Assembly: GCA_004332195.1 (NCBI GenBank)
Contig: SJBG01000005.1
Location: forward strand, 37,563 to 101,562
Direction of reading: 5' to 3'
Source: Desulfobulbaceae bacterium
GTDB lineage: Bacteria > Desulfobacterota > Desulfobulbia > Desulfobulbales > Desulfurivibrionaceae
Length of the DNA: 64,000 nt
Shown: positions 1-9,745 of the stretch, one piece after another
Position numbering within the stretch: position 1 is the stretch's first letter
Layout: each line of letters opens with the position of its first letter
Translations under genes and position numbers: made by a program
The notes under the pieces: model-generated
The model's input: the letters and a program-made list of their open reading frames with translations, nothing else
What the model was told of the DNA's origin: nothing
Databases searched by the model: none

Positions 1-1
1 A

Positions 2-1120
2 ATTGATGCTAAAGAACGAGCGGCGACCCAAGAAGCTTTTCTGCGGGACGATTTGCTGATTATCGTCGCCACCGTAGCCTTCGGGATGGGAATCGACAAA
101 TCCAATATCCGCTATGTGGTTCATTACGATGTGCCCAAAAACATCGAAGGCTACTACCAGGAAACCGGGAGGGCCGGTCGCGACAGCTTGGCGGCCGAGG
201 CCCTGCTGCTTTTTGGTTTTGGCGATGTCGCGCTGGCCCGAGGGTTGATCGACAACAGCGACAATGAAGAACGGCGCCGGATTGAAAGCCACAAGCTTAG
301 CGCCATGGTGGGCTTCGCGCAGGCCACCGGCTGTCGCCGCCGGGTATTGCTGGGTTATTTCGGTGAGAACTTAACCAAAGATTGCGGCAACTGCGACATC
401 TGTCTTACCCCCCCGGAAATGATTGATATTACTGAAGACGCCCGCAAGGCTCTCTCCTGTATTTACCGGGTGGGTCAGCGCTTTGGGCTGGGGCATGTGG
501 TTGATGTTCTGCGAGGATCAAAAAACCAAAGAGTGCAGAGCCTGGGGCATGATTGCCTTTCCACTTACGGAATCGGGGCTAAGCAAGACCGGGATTACTG
601 GACATCGCTTTTGCGCCACCTGATTCACTTAGGTTATGTGGAGCAGGATGTGGGCAATTTTTCGGTGCTAAAGCTTCTTGCAAGCTCTCGCTCCTTACTG
701 CGGGGAGAAAGTTCGTTAAAAATGGGCCGCCCCCGCGCGCCATCAACTCCAGATCAAAGCCCGGTCGGCCCCAGCCGAACCAGGAGAGTCAGCAGCACGA
801 CCACAAAACTCGGAAGCGCGGATGATTTGACCGCCCAAGGTAGCCCCGCTCTCAGCCCTAGCCCCAGCCTGGCCAGCTTATCCACCACCGATCGCGAACT
901 TTTTGCCCGTTTGCGCCATCTACGTAAAAAAATCGCCGATACCGAGGAAATACCGCCCTTTGTTGTTTTCAGCGATGCCGCCCTAGCGGCCATGGCCACC
1001 AAACGGCCCGCCAACGAAACCGAATTTCTGCAAATCCATGGCGTTGGTCAGTACAAACGACAACGCTACGGTGAACGTTTTATGGCCATCATCAACCTCC
1101 CAAATGAAAAGCAAAAATGA
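2..1120 (+). CDS. recQ: ATP-dependent DNA helicase RecQ (5'-partial, begins before the window)
   Basis: Helicase motifs VATVAFGMGIDK and YYQETGRAGRD, Zn-binding CRRRVLLGYFGE...CGNCDIC, RQC winged helix, C-terminal HRDC (LFARLRHLRKKIA...PPFVVFSDAAL). A Ser/Pro/Thr-rich linker sits between RQC and HRDC. Confidence 0.97.
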   Translation: MDAKERAATQEAFLRDDLLIIVATVAFGMGIDKSNIRYVVHYDVPKNIEGYYQETGRAGRDSLAAEALLLFGFGDVALARGLIDNSDNEERRRIESHKLSAMVGFAQATGCRRRVLLGYFGENLTKDCGNCDICLTPPEMIDITEDARKALSCIYRVGQRFGLGHVVDVLRGSKNQRVQSLGHDCLSTYGIGAKQDRDYWTSLLRHLIHLGYVEQDVGNFSVLKLLASSRSLLRGESSLKMGRPRAPSTPDQSPVGPSRTRRVSSTTTKLGSADDLTAQGSPALSPSPSLASLSTTDRELFARLRHLRKKIADTEEIPPFVVFSDAALAAMATKRPANETEFLQIHGVGQYKRQRYGERFMAIINLPNEKQK

Positions 1121-1177
1121 TTGTTGCTTGCCAAAACGTAAATTGTCAGAGACCCCAGGTTGGCTGGAAAAAGCCGT

Positions 1178-1204
1178 TAGCGATTAGCCTGAGGCTAATC
1201 GCTA
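1178..1204. repeat. Perfect palindrome, possible terminator or REP-like hairpin
   Basis: TAGCGATTAGCC-TGA-GGCTAATCGCTA: 12-bp arms and a 3-nt loop downstream of recQ, with no U-tract. Confidence 0.6.
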
Positions 1205-1420
1205 TAAGTTTCGTCTTGAAAACAGTAACGCAACCTATTGCAAGTACGCTTTTTTTTGAGTTTCCGCTTAAACACTAATTAGCGGCGCTGGTCGACGCCG
1301 AGTGATAATGGTCCAGGCAGTTTTTGGGGTTATCTTTGTAATATCTTGATTGGCGTAATTTCCTTGGACTTTTTTCGGGTAACGCACTACTATGCGGGGT
1401 TATGCAAACTCGACTAGCGT

Positions 1421-1497
<77 letters not shown>

Positions 1498-1597
1498 TTT
1501 TTATATTGTAAATTCAGCAGGTTAAGGTGCCTATTTTGGCCGGACTTACTCACAGATTTTACATGACGGCACCTTCGGCATTGGCAATTCCCAAAAC

Positions 1598-2515
1598 TCA
1601 AGACCATAACTCTATTATTTCGGCGGCAAACCGGCGATCGGCCTGGACACTGCGGCCCTTCTGGGTGAGATAGCCCCCAATCATCATTCCATCGGCCCCG
1701 GCCAAAAAGGCGGCGGCGAGAAAATCTTTAAGCGCCTCCTCACGCCCGCCGGCCAAGCGAATGCAGACTCCAGGCAGGAGCAGGCGATAAAGGGCGATAC
1801 TGCGCACTATCTCGGAAACCGCCAAAGGTCTGAACCCGGCTAAGGGGGTGCCGGGCAGCGGAATCAGCATGTTAAGCGGGACCGAATCCACCGCCAGCTC
1901 CCGCAAAGCAAGGGCCATGTCGATTCGATCCTCTTCCGTCTCCCCAAGACCGAAAATTCCGCCGGCACAAACCTCAAGCCCCACCGTCTGCGCGGCCCGA
2001 ATAGTGGCGATGCGGTCGGCATAGTCGTGAGTGGTGGTGACTTGAGGGAAAAAACGTTCCGAAGTCTCCAAGTTATGATGATAACGACTCATTCCCGCCG
2101 CCTTGAACCGACTTAAGGTGGCGGCCGTCGCAATGCCGAAGGAACCACAGACCTTAATCCCCACTTGCGCGCGAATTTCCGCGATAATCGCCATCACCGC
2201 CGCCTCCTCCGCAGCCGGCAAGCCCCGACCGCTGGTGACCAGAGAAAAGCGGTGAGCCCCGGCCTGCTGGGCGGCCCGGGCGGCGGTGACGACTTCCTTC
2301 GTATCCTTGAGAGGATAAATCGGGGCATCAGTCCGATAGTGAGATGACTGGGCGCAGTAACGGCAATCCTCGCTGCACTTGCCCGATTTGGCGTTGATAA
2401 TGCTGCAAAAGGAAAAGCTGCGCCCCCGCCAAGCCAACTTCGCCGCCATCGCCTGAGCCACCAATTCGGTGGTGGGCTTTTGCCGCAACTGCTTGATTTC
2501 TTCAGAACTGATCAT
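1598..2515 (-). CDS. bioB: Biotin synthase (radical SAM)
   Basis: CSEDCRYCAQS (CxxxCxxC), YHHNLETS, VCAGGIFGLGE, SVPLNML, RLAGGRE. Start placed at MISSEE (2515). Confidence 0.95.
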   Translation of the reverse strand: MISSEEIKQLRQKPTTELVAQAMAAKLAWRGRSFSFCSIINAKSGKCSEDCRYCAQSSHYRTDAPIYPLKDTKEVVTAARAAQQAGAHRFSLVTSGRGLPAAEEAAVMAIIAEIRAQVGIKVCGSFGIATAATLSRFKAAGMSRYHHNLETSERFFPQVTTTHDYADRIATIRAAQTVGLEVCAGGIFGLGETEEDRIDMALALRELAVDSVPLNMLIPLPGTPLAGFRPLAVSEIVRSIALYRLLLPGVCIRLAGGREEALKDFLAAAFLAGADGMMIGGYLTQKGRSVQADRRFAAEIIELWS

Positions 2516-2727
2516 GACTGCTTTCACCCAAACAGGTAGGTTCAAAAAAAATCGACTAAGTGGGTCCACCGTAAACCGGTAGAGTCTCTCTTATATGGGG
2601 ACGAACAGGTCGACCTCCGTTAGTGTTAGCGCCGTCAAGCAAAGCTGCCGTCAATCGGTCAACGGCTTGGCCGGTCCGTAAACACCGGCGATCCTGATAA
2701 ACTGTAGCCCAAGGGACTTTGGGCTCA

Positions 2728-3429
2728 TCACGAAACAGGGGTGACAGTTGACTTACCTTTTTCCAGCAAGAAAATTCCGTAAGTGGCCCGGATGTTGGGG
2801 AGCAGAGAGACGATATTGCCATGCTGGTCGTGATGGTAGGTATTGATCGCCGTTTCCCGATGGATGCGCCAGCCCATCTTCTTGATGAAACGCTGAAAGT
2901 CGATAATACTGATCACTCGGATGTTGGGGGTGTCGCACCACTCAAAGGGCAGTTGGCGGGAAACCGGGACCCGGCCCTGCCAGCAGATCTGCCAGCGATT
3001 TTTCCAGTGGCTGAAATTGGGGAAGCTGACCACCACCTGGCGGCCAATCTGGAGCAGGGTGTTGATTAGTTGGGCCGGGGCGTAAACCTGCTGGAGAGTC
3101 TGGCTTAAAATCACATAGTCGAAAGTGTTGTCGGCGTAGTCCTGAACCTCTTCGGTGATGTCACCCTGGAGTACGGTCAGCCCCTTCTCAATACCACGCA
3201 GCACCTTGGCCTCGACCATTTCAATGCCGGTGCCGTCCACTTCCTTGCACCGTTTCAGATAGCACAAAAGATCGCCTTCGCCACAACCAAGATCGAGAAC
3301 TTTACTGCCCGGTTCGATCCAGGAGGCGATCAGTGCAAGATCAAAACGCATGGTCGGGGAGGCCACGCTTGGAGCCGGATTTGAATCTGACCCCGTCGCC
3401 CGAGAGGGGGGCTCAGATTTGGCTTTCAC
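2728..3429 (-). CDS. metW: Methionine biosynthesis protein MetW (SAM-binding methyltransferase fold)
   Basis: VLDLGCGEG, LSQTLQ, VSFPNFSHW, WCDTPNIRV; directly downstream of metX. The true start may be MRFDL at 3351. Confidence 0.92.
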   Translation of the reverse strand: MKAKSEPPSRATGSDSNPAPSVASPTMRFDLALIASWIEPGSKVLDLGCGEGDLLCYLKRCKEVDGTGIEMVEAKVLRGIEKGLTVLQGDITEEVQDYADNTFDYVILSQTLQQVYAPAQLINTLLQIGRQVVVSFPNFSHWKNRWQICWQGRVPVSRQLPFEWCDTPNIRVISIIDFQRFIKKMGWRIHRETAINTYHHDQHGNIVSLLPNIRATYGIFLLEKGKSTVTPVS

Positions 3430-4591
3430 GTTGTATCCGCTCTAGGAAATTGGCGATCAGGCGACTGAGTCGCCGATTGGGCAAGAGAAAGGCGTCATGG
3501 CCGCAATCGGCCTTAAGCTCACAAAAACTCACATCCCGCCCGTTTTTTTTCAAAGCTCGGATCAGCTCCCGGGACTGGTAGGTGGGATAAAGCCAATCCG
3601 AGGTAAAGGAAACCACCAGAAAGAGGGCTTGCGCCGCGGCAAAAGCCTCCACCGCCGAACCTTTTCCGCCCCAATGTTCCAGGTCGAAGTAATCGGCGGC
3701 CTTGGTCACGTAGAGAAAGGAGTTGGCATCAAAGCGGGCGACAAACTTGGTGCCCTGGTGGCGCAGGTAACTCTCCACCTGAAAATCGCCATTAAACTGG
3801 AAGGAAAATTTATCTTTTCCCTGCAGGCGGCGACCAAACTTGCGGCGCAGGGCCTCGTCGGACAGATAGGTGACATGACCGATCATCCGGGCCACCGCCA
3901 AGCCGGTGGCCGGCTTGGGGCCGTCATAGTAATGGCCCTGTCGCCAGTTGGGGTCAGCCATAATCGCCTGGCGGGCAATTTCGTTGAAGGCTATCGCCAG
4001 GGGCGAGTGGCGCATGGTGGTGGCTAAAGCCACAACTCCGGCTACCTGGTCGGGGTAGCGCAGGCTCCACTCCAAAGCCTGCATCCCGCCTAATGAGCCG
4101 CCGATCACCGCCAGCAGGCGGGTTATCCCTAGGTGAGTCAGTAATCGTTGTTGGGTCATCACCATGTCGCCGACGGTGACCACCGGAAAATCAAGGCCAT
4201 ATGGTTTGCCGGTGGCCGGGTTGGTGGCGCCGGGGCCGGTGGTGCCGCCGCAACTACCTAAAATGCTGGCGCAGATCACGAAATAGCGGTCGGTGTCAAT
4301 CCCCTTGCCCGGCCCCACCATGTTTTCCCACCAGCCGGGGATGGTGTCCGTCTGATCGTGATAGCCCGCCGCCACGTGGCAGTCGCCGGAAAGAGCGTGA
4401 AGCACCAGCACGGCATTGTCCCGCCCGGGGGCAAGCTCACCGTAGGTCTCGTAAGCCACCGTTACCGGCCCGATCTTGACCCCGCTTTCTAAAACCAAGG
4501 CCTCTTCCGGATTTTCGGCAAAGAGGTAAAAGTGTTTGCGGACCAAGCCGACGGAGACGGCTTCGACATCGCGAGCGCTGTATTCACTCAT
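3413..4591 (-). CDS. metX: Homoserine O-acetyl/succinyltransferase
   Basis: LHALSGDCH, GGSLGGMQ nucleophile elbow, RFDANSFLYVTKAADYFD, GHDAFL. Confidence 0.96.
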   Translation of the reverse strand: MSEYSARDVEAVSVGLVRKHFYLFAENPEEALVLESGVKIGPVTVAYETYGELAPGRDNAVLVLHALSGDCHVAAGYHDQTDTIPGWWENMVGPGKGIDTDRYFVICASILGSCGGTTGPGATNPATGKPYGLDFPVVTVGDMVMTQQRLLTHLGITRLLAVIGGSLGGMQALEWSLRYPDQVAGVVALATTMRHSPLAIAFNEIARQAIMADPNWRQGHYYDGPKPATGLAVARMIGHVTYLSDEALRRKFGRRLQGKDKFSFQFNGDFQVESYLRHQGTKFVARFDANSFLYVTKAADYFDLEHWGGKGSAVEAFAAAQALFLVVSFTSDWLYPTYQSRELIRALKKNGRDVSFCELKADCGHDAFLLPNRRLSRLIANFLERIQRESQI

Positions 4592-4725
4592 GGTTACTCA
4601 ATATCGCATAATCCACTAGCGGGCAAGGATTCTTGTTAAGGTAACGCCCGACAAGATTCGCATCGCTTGGGGGCCTTCACCTTGGCCTTCAGGTACGCTA
4701 ATGGCCAATTTATGGGAAGTGGCTT

Positions 4726-5105
4726 TCAAATCAGTGCTGACAATACTGCACACTGTCTGCAAATTTCCATCTTTTCCTGCCAGTTTTTCCGCACTTGGCA
4801 TTCACAGATGGTGCCGTTGATAAACCAACATAATCTGGCCGGCCTGGAATTCCCAGGCCGGACACTTTTCTTTGCGGGAGGGTGGGCAGTTTTTTTACGA
4901 TCCAGCATGGTTGTGAGGGCTTTTCATGCAGATCTCGCCACCGTGATAGCAAGAAGTAAATTTGGCGTCCCGCGTGAGGTGGGATCGAACGCCAGCCCTG
5001 TTCATAACTATGAACGGCCTTGATCGAAACTCCCAACAGTTTGGCGATTTCACTTTGAGTTTTGCCAAGTTTTTTTCTGGCCTGCAAGAAGGTCGCACGC
5101 TCCAT
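4726..5105 (-). pseudogene. XRE-family HTH regulator with Cys-rich (CW-motif) C-terminal domain, split by two +1 frameshifts
   Basis: N-terminal HTH (TQSEIAKLLGVSIKAVHSYEQGWR). Removing one base at the T7 run (4890-4896) and one at 4837-4838 restores PCWIVKNCPPSRKEKCPAWEFQAGRLCWFINGTICECQ...CRQC in a 125-aa protein. Confidence 0.75.
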
Positions 5106-5309
5106 CTCTTACTCTTTTTTGGACTAATAATCGGTAATAATCCTTAGAATCAGAGTTGAAACTAATACCACTTCATTGGCGATAAAAAAAGGATATTCTT
5201 TAAAGGGGAGAAGTCTCTCGCCCGCGTCCAGGCGTACTATCCGGCTCTGCGCCGTGATCGAATGCGGTAAAAAAAGGGGTAGTCAGTACCCGTTTGGCTG
5301 CTATCTACG

Positions 5310-6833
5310 CTACTTGATTTCCAGGCGGCGATACTGCACGGCTTCAGCAACATGGGCATTTGCCAGGTTTTCGCTGCCGGCCAGATCGGCGATGGTTCGG
5401 GCGATTTTGAGAATACGGTGGTAGGCCCGCGCTGAGAGCCCGAAACGGCGCACCGCCTCTTCCAGCAAGCGGTGGGAGTGGCGGTCCACCCGGCACCAAC
5501 GGGCGAGATCGCCGGATCTCATCCGGCTGTTGTAAAAGGCGGTCTGGCGGTCGGGAAAGCGTTGGCGCTGAACGGCGTGCGCCGTTGCCACCCTTTGGCG
5601 GATGGTGGCCGATAATTCGGCGGGCCGCCGATCACTCATCTCATCAAACTTGACGGCCGCCACCTCCAAGTAAAGATCAATCCGGTCGAGCAACGGGCCG
5701 GAGAGGCGGTGACGGTAACGCTGAATCTGGGTTGGGGTGCAAGTGCATTCGTGGGTTTCACTGCCGGGATAGTAGCCGCAAGGGCAAGGGTTGAGGGCCG
5801 CCACCAGCATAAAGCTGGAGGGAAAGAGCAGGCTCTGTTGCGCCCGGGCGATGGTGACATAGCCATCCTCCAAAGGCTGGCGCAACCCTTCCAGCACATT
5901 TTTGCGAAACTCCGGCAACTCGTCCAGGAAGAGGATGCCGTGGTGAGCCAGTGAAACCTGACCGGGCCTGGGCAGGGAGCCGCCGCCAATCAAGCCGGCC
6001 TCGGAAACCGTATGGTGGGGGGCGCGAAAGGGTCGGGTCCATAGCAGGCCGCTGCCGGGCTTGAGTTTGCCGGCCACACTGTATATTCTGGTGGTTTCCA
6101 GAGACTCCTCAAAGGAGAGCGTGGGTAAAATGGTGGGCAGGCGGCGGGCCAACATGGTCTTGCCGGCGCCGGGCGGCCCCTGCATCAGCAGATTATGATG
6201 ACCGGCGGCGGCGATTTCCAGAGCCCTTTTGAGGTACTCCTGACCTCGAACCTCGGCAAAATCCACCCCATAGTCGCACCTTGATTCGTTGGCAGGTGCG
6301 ATTTTAATAGCCGATGGCTCTCGCAAACCTTTGATGATATCCATCGCCTCGCCCAGTGAACCTACCGCGATCAAGCGGATTTCCTGGACCATGGCCACCT
6401 CGGACGCATTGACCCCGGGCACCATTACCACCTCGACCCCGGCCATCCGCGCAGCCAGCACCATGGGCAGGACGCCGGGGGTATGGCGTAGACCGCCATC
6501 CAGCGACAACTCGCCAATCAAGCACCAGTTGGCGACGGTCTCCGGCGGCAAAAGGCCGGCGGCGGCTAAAATGCCCACAGCAATAGGCAAATCGTAACCA
6601 GCGCCAGCTTTTTTTAGATCAGCCGGGGCCAGATTGATGGTAATTCGCCGGGAGGGAAACTCATAGCCGCTGTTCTTGATTGCCGCCCTGACCCGCTCCT
6701 TGCTCTCCCGCACCGCCCCCTCGGCCAAGCCCACCGTAGTAAAAAGCGGCAAGCCCCGGGCGATATCGACCTCGACATCGACCACCAGCCCATCCACCCC
6801 AAGCACCGCCCCACTTTTCACCTTGGCCAACAT
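5310..6833 (-). CDS. comM: YifB/ComM family Mg-chelatase-like AAA+ ATPase
   Basis: RITINLAPADLKKAGAGYDLPIA, GPPGAGKT, RPFRAPHHT, LFLDELPEF, NPCPCG, SGPLLDRID. Confidence 0.93.
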   Translation of the reverse strand: MLAKVKSGAVLGVDGLVVDVEVDIARGLPLFTTVGLAEGAVRESKERVRAAIKNSGYEFPSRRITINLAPADLKKAGAGYDLPIAVGILAAAGLLPPETVANWCLIGELSLDGGLRHTPGVLPMVLAARMAGVEVVMVPGVNASEVAMVQEIRLIAVGSLGEAMDIIKGLREPSAIKIAPANESRCDYGVDFAEVRGQEYLKRALEIAAAGHHNLLMQGPPGAGKTMLARRLPTILPTLSFEESLETTRIYSVAGKLKPGSGLLWTRPFRAPHHTVSEAGLIGGGSLPRPGQVSLAHHGILFLDELPEFRKNVLEGLRQPLEDGYVTIARAQQSLLFPSSFMLVAALNPCPCGYYPGSETHECTCTPTQIQRYRHRLSGPLLDRIDLYLEVAAVKFDEMSDRRPAELSATIRQRVATAHAVQRQRFPDRQTAFYNSRMRSGDLARWCRVDRHSHRLLEEAVRRFGLSARAYHRILKIARTIADLAGSENLANAHVAEAVQYRRLEIK

Positions 6834-6953
6834 TTTTGCTCGCTATTTCCTTGTCGGCACTGGTTGCCGCGGAAGTATCTGCTCATTGCTCTGGAGTCCG
6901 GGCATTGCCATGGAATTTCGATATTGTCTTGGGACTCCGACATTGCCCGGCCC

Positions 6954-7922
6954 TTAACCCACAACCCAAACCGCCACCTGTTCGGCCATCAGCAGTACCC
7001 GGTCGGAGACTCCGCGAAAAAAACCTTTTGGGGTATCAGGGCCCCGACGGCCCAGAACAATAGTGCCATAGCCATCTATCAAAGCTTGACGAATAATCTG
7101 GCGGCTGGGTTCAAAACCCTTGGCGGTTTTCAGCTCGTAGATACGTTCCGCAGGGAAACCGGATTCTTTCAGGATCTGGCGGGGGGCGTGAAAAAGATCA
7201 TTTGGCCGCTCAAGATGCCGAGCGCACCAGGCAGCGCCCCAGTGGCGATGGCAATCTTCCGGCTGAAAACGGGGTTGTTCGGCCAAGATGGTGTTTGAGT
7301 GAAAAAGGGTGATTTCCGCCGTGGGATGATCCCTGAGCATGAAGGCCAGATGATCCACCGCCAGCAGGGCGTAAGGACTGCCGTCCACTGGGACCAAAAA
7401 GCGATGGGAGTCGATTTCGCCGTCGATGATCCATGAGGGCACCGTGCGGCATTTCTCGAGCAAGCTTGCGGAAACGCTGCCCATCAGCAGCTCCTCAAGC
7501 TTGGTCATTCCCCGTCGGCCCAAAACCACGGCATCGTACAAACCCCGACGGGCTTCGTGGGCCAGGTCGCCGGCCAGGCTGTCGCGACAGATTTGCACCT
7601 CTTGCTCGATGCGCTCCCGGGCGATCCCCTGCTTCACCAGATAATCGACGGAGGATTGCAGATAGCCCCTATGGGTCACCAGCCGTTTGCGGGACTCCGG
7701 TCTCATCATATTGAGGCGTTCCGCCTCGCTCAGCCACTCGCTGCCGGGCGGCAGGGAAACCCAGGTAACCAGGCTGAGCAAACAAAAATGAACATCGAGC
7801 TGTCCGGCAAAAAGCCGGGCCAGATAGTGCAGGGAATTACGGCTGTGGCGAGAACCATCAATGGCCACCAGCAACTTGCGGGAGGGAACAGGCTTAACAT
7901 TCATGGTTGGGGATGATAGCAC
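6954..7922 (-). CDS. Tandem-domain universal stress protein
   Basis: Two USP repeats: LLVAIDGS...VVLGRRG...LMGSVS and FLVPVDGS...IVLGRRG...RGVS. Confidence 0.88.
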   Translation of the reverse strand: MLSSPTMNVKPVPSRKLLVAIDGSRHSRNSLHYLARLFAGQLDVHFCLLSLVTWVSLPPGSEWLSEAERLNMMRPESRKRLVTHRGYLQSSVDYLVKQGIARERIEQEVQICRDSLAGDLAHEARRGLYDAVVLGRRGMTKLEELLMGSVSASLLEKCRTVPSWIIDGEIDSHRFLVPVDGSPYALLAVDHLAFMLRDHPTAEITLFHSNTILAEQPRFQPEDCHRHWGAAWCARHLERPNDLFHAPRQILKESGFPAERIYELKTAKGFEPSRQIIRQALIDGYGTIVLGRRGPDTPKGFFRGVSDRVLLMAEQVAVWVVG

Positions 7923-7985
7923 TATCCCGATTGCCCGCCAAGAAAAAAGGCAAAGAAAGGTAAAAGTCCACCAGCAGCCCTGGTC

Positions 7986-8189
7986 TTAGCCATCTCGGTC
8001 TTGTCGATTGCGGTTTTTAGCCAAAAATAGTTGGCAGTTTAATCCAGAGCTGCTGAAGACCACCAGCGCCGGATTATAGGTTGACTTGAAGCTCATGGCT
8101 TGACAGCCATATGGTTTGGCCGGGTCATAGGTGATGTAGAAGTGACGGCAGGCGAAACAGTAAGGCCGTTTTGGGGGTTTTTCATTCAT
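7986..8189 (-). CDS. Small Cys-rich conserved hypothetical protein
   Basis: CFACRHFYITYD...YGC...FKS...SSGLNC pattern; overlaps the activase gene by 4 bp (ATGA coupling). Confidence 0.75.
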   Translation of the reverse strand: MNEKPPKRPYCFACRHFYITYDPAKPYGCQAMSFKSTYNPALVVFSSSGLNCQLFLAKNRNRQDRDG

Positions 8190-8887
8190 TTTTTTGGAGG
8201 CTTGGTCCCAATCCCGGCGATTTGAGTGATCCGGGCTTGGCGTTGCAGGCCCGCCAGCAGAACAAAGCGGCCCAGGCTGATGACCTGGCAGGGAAAGCTG
8301 CCGACAAAGACCGGATTTTCGCAGAGGCCGCCGGATAAATATAGTTTGTCCGGTTTTCCGACAAAGTTATAGGCGTTACGGGCGATTCCCCGAATCAGGC
8401 GGGCCACCGCCTCTGCTTCCGGGACCCCGCTGACCACTGCGTCGAAGATGTCGCTTAAACCCAAAACGCCGCAGGTCACCGAAAAACCTTGCTCTGGAAC
8501 CGCCATCTGCTGGCCGTCAAGTTGATAGTAACGCTCCAGCAGCTCGATGGTAAAGCCCATGGATGCGCCGCACTCGGCGTTCCACCCCATGTCGGCCAGC
8601 TTACCGCGATAATAACGGACAAACTTGAGATCTCGACTACCGCAATCCAGCAAAAGAAAGTCTTCCTCGCCGATCAGGGCCTCGCCGCCGCGAGCCAGGG
8701 CGGTCAGCTCATTGACCTGATGGCGCGCGAAACGGCGGGCGTTATGACCGGTGGCCAGATCCACCCTGAAATCGGGGGCAAGTTTACGGGTGGCGGTAAT
8801 CCGGGAGGAGCTGTCCGACTCATTGAGGTCGAGTATTTTGCTGTATGAAGTGCCGAAATCGCCCAGCAGCATCTTGGTCGACATCAT
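8186..8887 (-). CDS. BadF/BadG/BcrA/BcrD (ASKHA) ATPase, acyl-CoA dehydratase activase-like
   Basis: GDFGTSYSK, ATGHNA, NELTALARG, LDCGSRDLK; cluster-ligand cysteines in WNAECGASMG and VTCGVLG; LSGGL. Confidence 0.85.
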   Translation of the reverse strand: MMSTKMLLGDFGTSYSKILDLNESDSSSRITATRKLAPDFRVDLATGHNARRFARHQVNELTALARGGEALIGEEDFLLLDCGSRDLKFVRYYRGKLADMGWNAECGASMGFTIELLERYYQLDGQQMAVPEQGFSVTCGVLGLSDIFDAVVSGVPEAEAVARLIRGIARNAYNFVGKPDKLYLSGGLCENPVFVGSFPCQVISLGRFVLLAGLQRQARITQIAGIGTKPPKK

Positions 8888-9654
8888 GTTTGCACTCCCG
8901 AGAGCTCTAGAAAAGCCTGGATTTTAGCTTGAGCGCTGCCGCTACAGTGGGAATCGACATCGAGATAAAGGGCCTGGGGGTGACAAGTGGCCAGAAAACG
9001 GGCCAAAGCGGTTTTGGGGCAGAAACTCTGGGCAAAAAAGACGGTGGGGATCGTCGAGTTGCAATAACTTTCCAGGACATGATCCGCCGGAGTTTTGTTT
9101 TCCATACAGCGAGTCCAGCCGTAAACATGAGTCCGGTCCGGAAAAAATTCCAGCAACTTGAAATCCCGGGGCGGCACCCCCCAAAACCCGGCTTTTGGGG
9201 GGCAGGCGATCGGGGGATCGGGGGCGGGATCCGGCTTGATAACACTAGCGGTAATCCGGCGAAATTTTTCCAGCAGGGGCAGGGAGCTGCGACAGATGGG
9301 GTTGCCCATCTTGACGGCATCGAGGTTGTGACAGATAATTACCGGGATGGGCAGCCTGTGGCTCAGGATCCGGGCAGTATAATGGGCATTATCGCATTTA
9401 CCGGGGCCAATGTCGATAAAAATCGCGTCCAGATCAAGGTGAAGAGCGTTAACCACCACGGTTCGCAAAATGGCGCAGTAAACCTGGGGCAAAAGGCCGA
9501 CGGTTTCCAAGCTGACTGGGGTCAACGGTTCGTCCAGATCATAAATCCGCACCTGATGGCGCTGTAAATCGTTGATGATCGACCGTGGAGGCACACCGAC
9601 AATCCCAACCCTTTTGAGTTTAAAGTAATCGATCTTGGTTGAGTCGATCAACAT
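8884..9654 (-). CDS. 2-hydroxyacyl-CoA dehydratase-like hypothetical protein (short)
   Basis: Several Cys motifs (VYCAILR, GPGKCD, WTRCME, AQSFCPK); coupled to the activase gene. Family assignment is from recalled similarity. Start placed at MLIDS (9654). Confidence 0.6.
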   Translation of the reverse strand: MLIDSTKIDYFKLKRVGIVGVPPRSIINDLQRHQVRIYDLDEPLTPVSLETVGLLPQVYCAILRTVVVNALHLDLDAIFIDIGPGKCDNAHYTARILSHRLPIPVIICHNLDAVKMGNPICRSSLPLLEKFRRITASVIKPDPAPDPPIACPPKAGFWGVPPRDFKLLEFFPDRTHVYGWTRCMENKTPADHVLESYCNSTIPTVFFAQSFCPKTALARFLATCHPQALYLDVDSHCSGSAQAKIQAFLELSGVQT

Positions 9655-9669
9655 GACAGTCTCGTGATT

Positions 9670-9741
9670 CCTGTCCCCTGTTCCTGGTCCTCTGTTCCCA
9701 GCCCCCTGCCCCTTGTCTCCCGTCCCTCCGTCCCCCGCCCC
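9670..9741. repeat. Degenerate heptamer tandem repeat (CCTGTCC-like, about 10 units)
   Basis: cctgtcc cctgttc ctggtcc tctgttc ccagccc cctgccc cttgtct cccgtcc, between lptG and the dehydratase-like gene. Confidence 0.65.
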
Positions 9742-9745
9742 ATGA

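Noticed and set aside
2516-2727. BirA operator upstream of bioB
   Set aside because: Only a half-site-like GTAAACC is present, with no matching inverted half at the expected spacing.
4592-4725. SAM riboswitch upstream of metX
   Set aside because: No SAM-I core motifs (ATC...GAGGGA, GCAACC) or terminator could be recognised.
7986-8189. Calling the 67-aa Cys-rich protein a uracil-DNA glycosylase
   Set aside because: It is far too short and has no UDG motifs; left as hypothetical.
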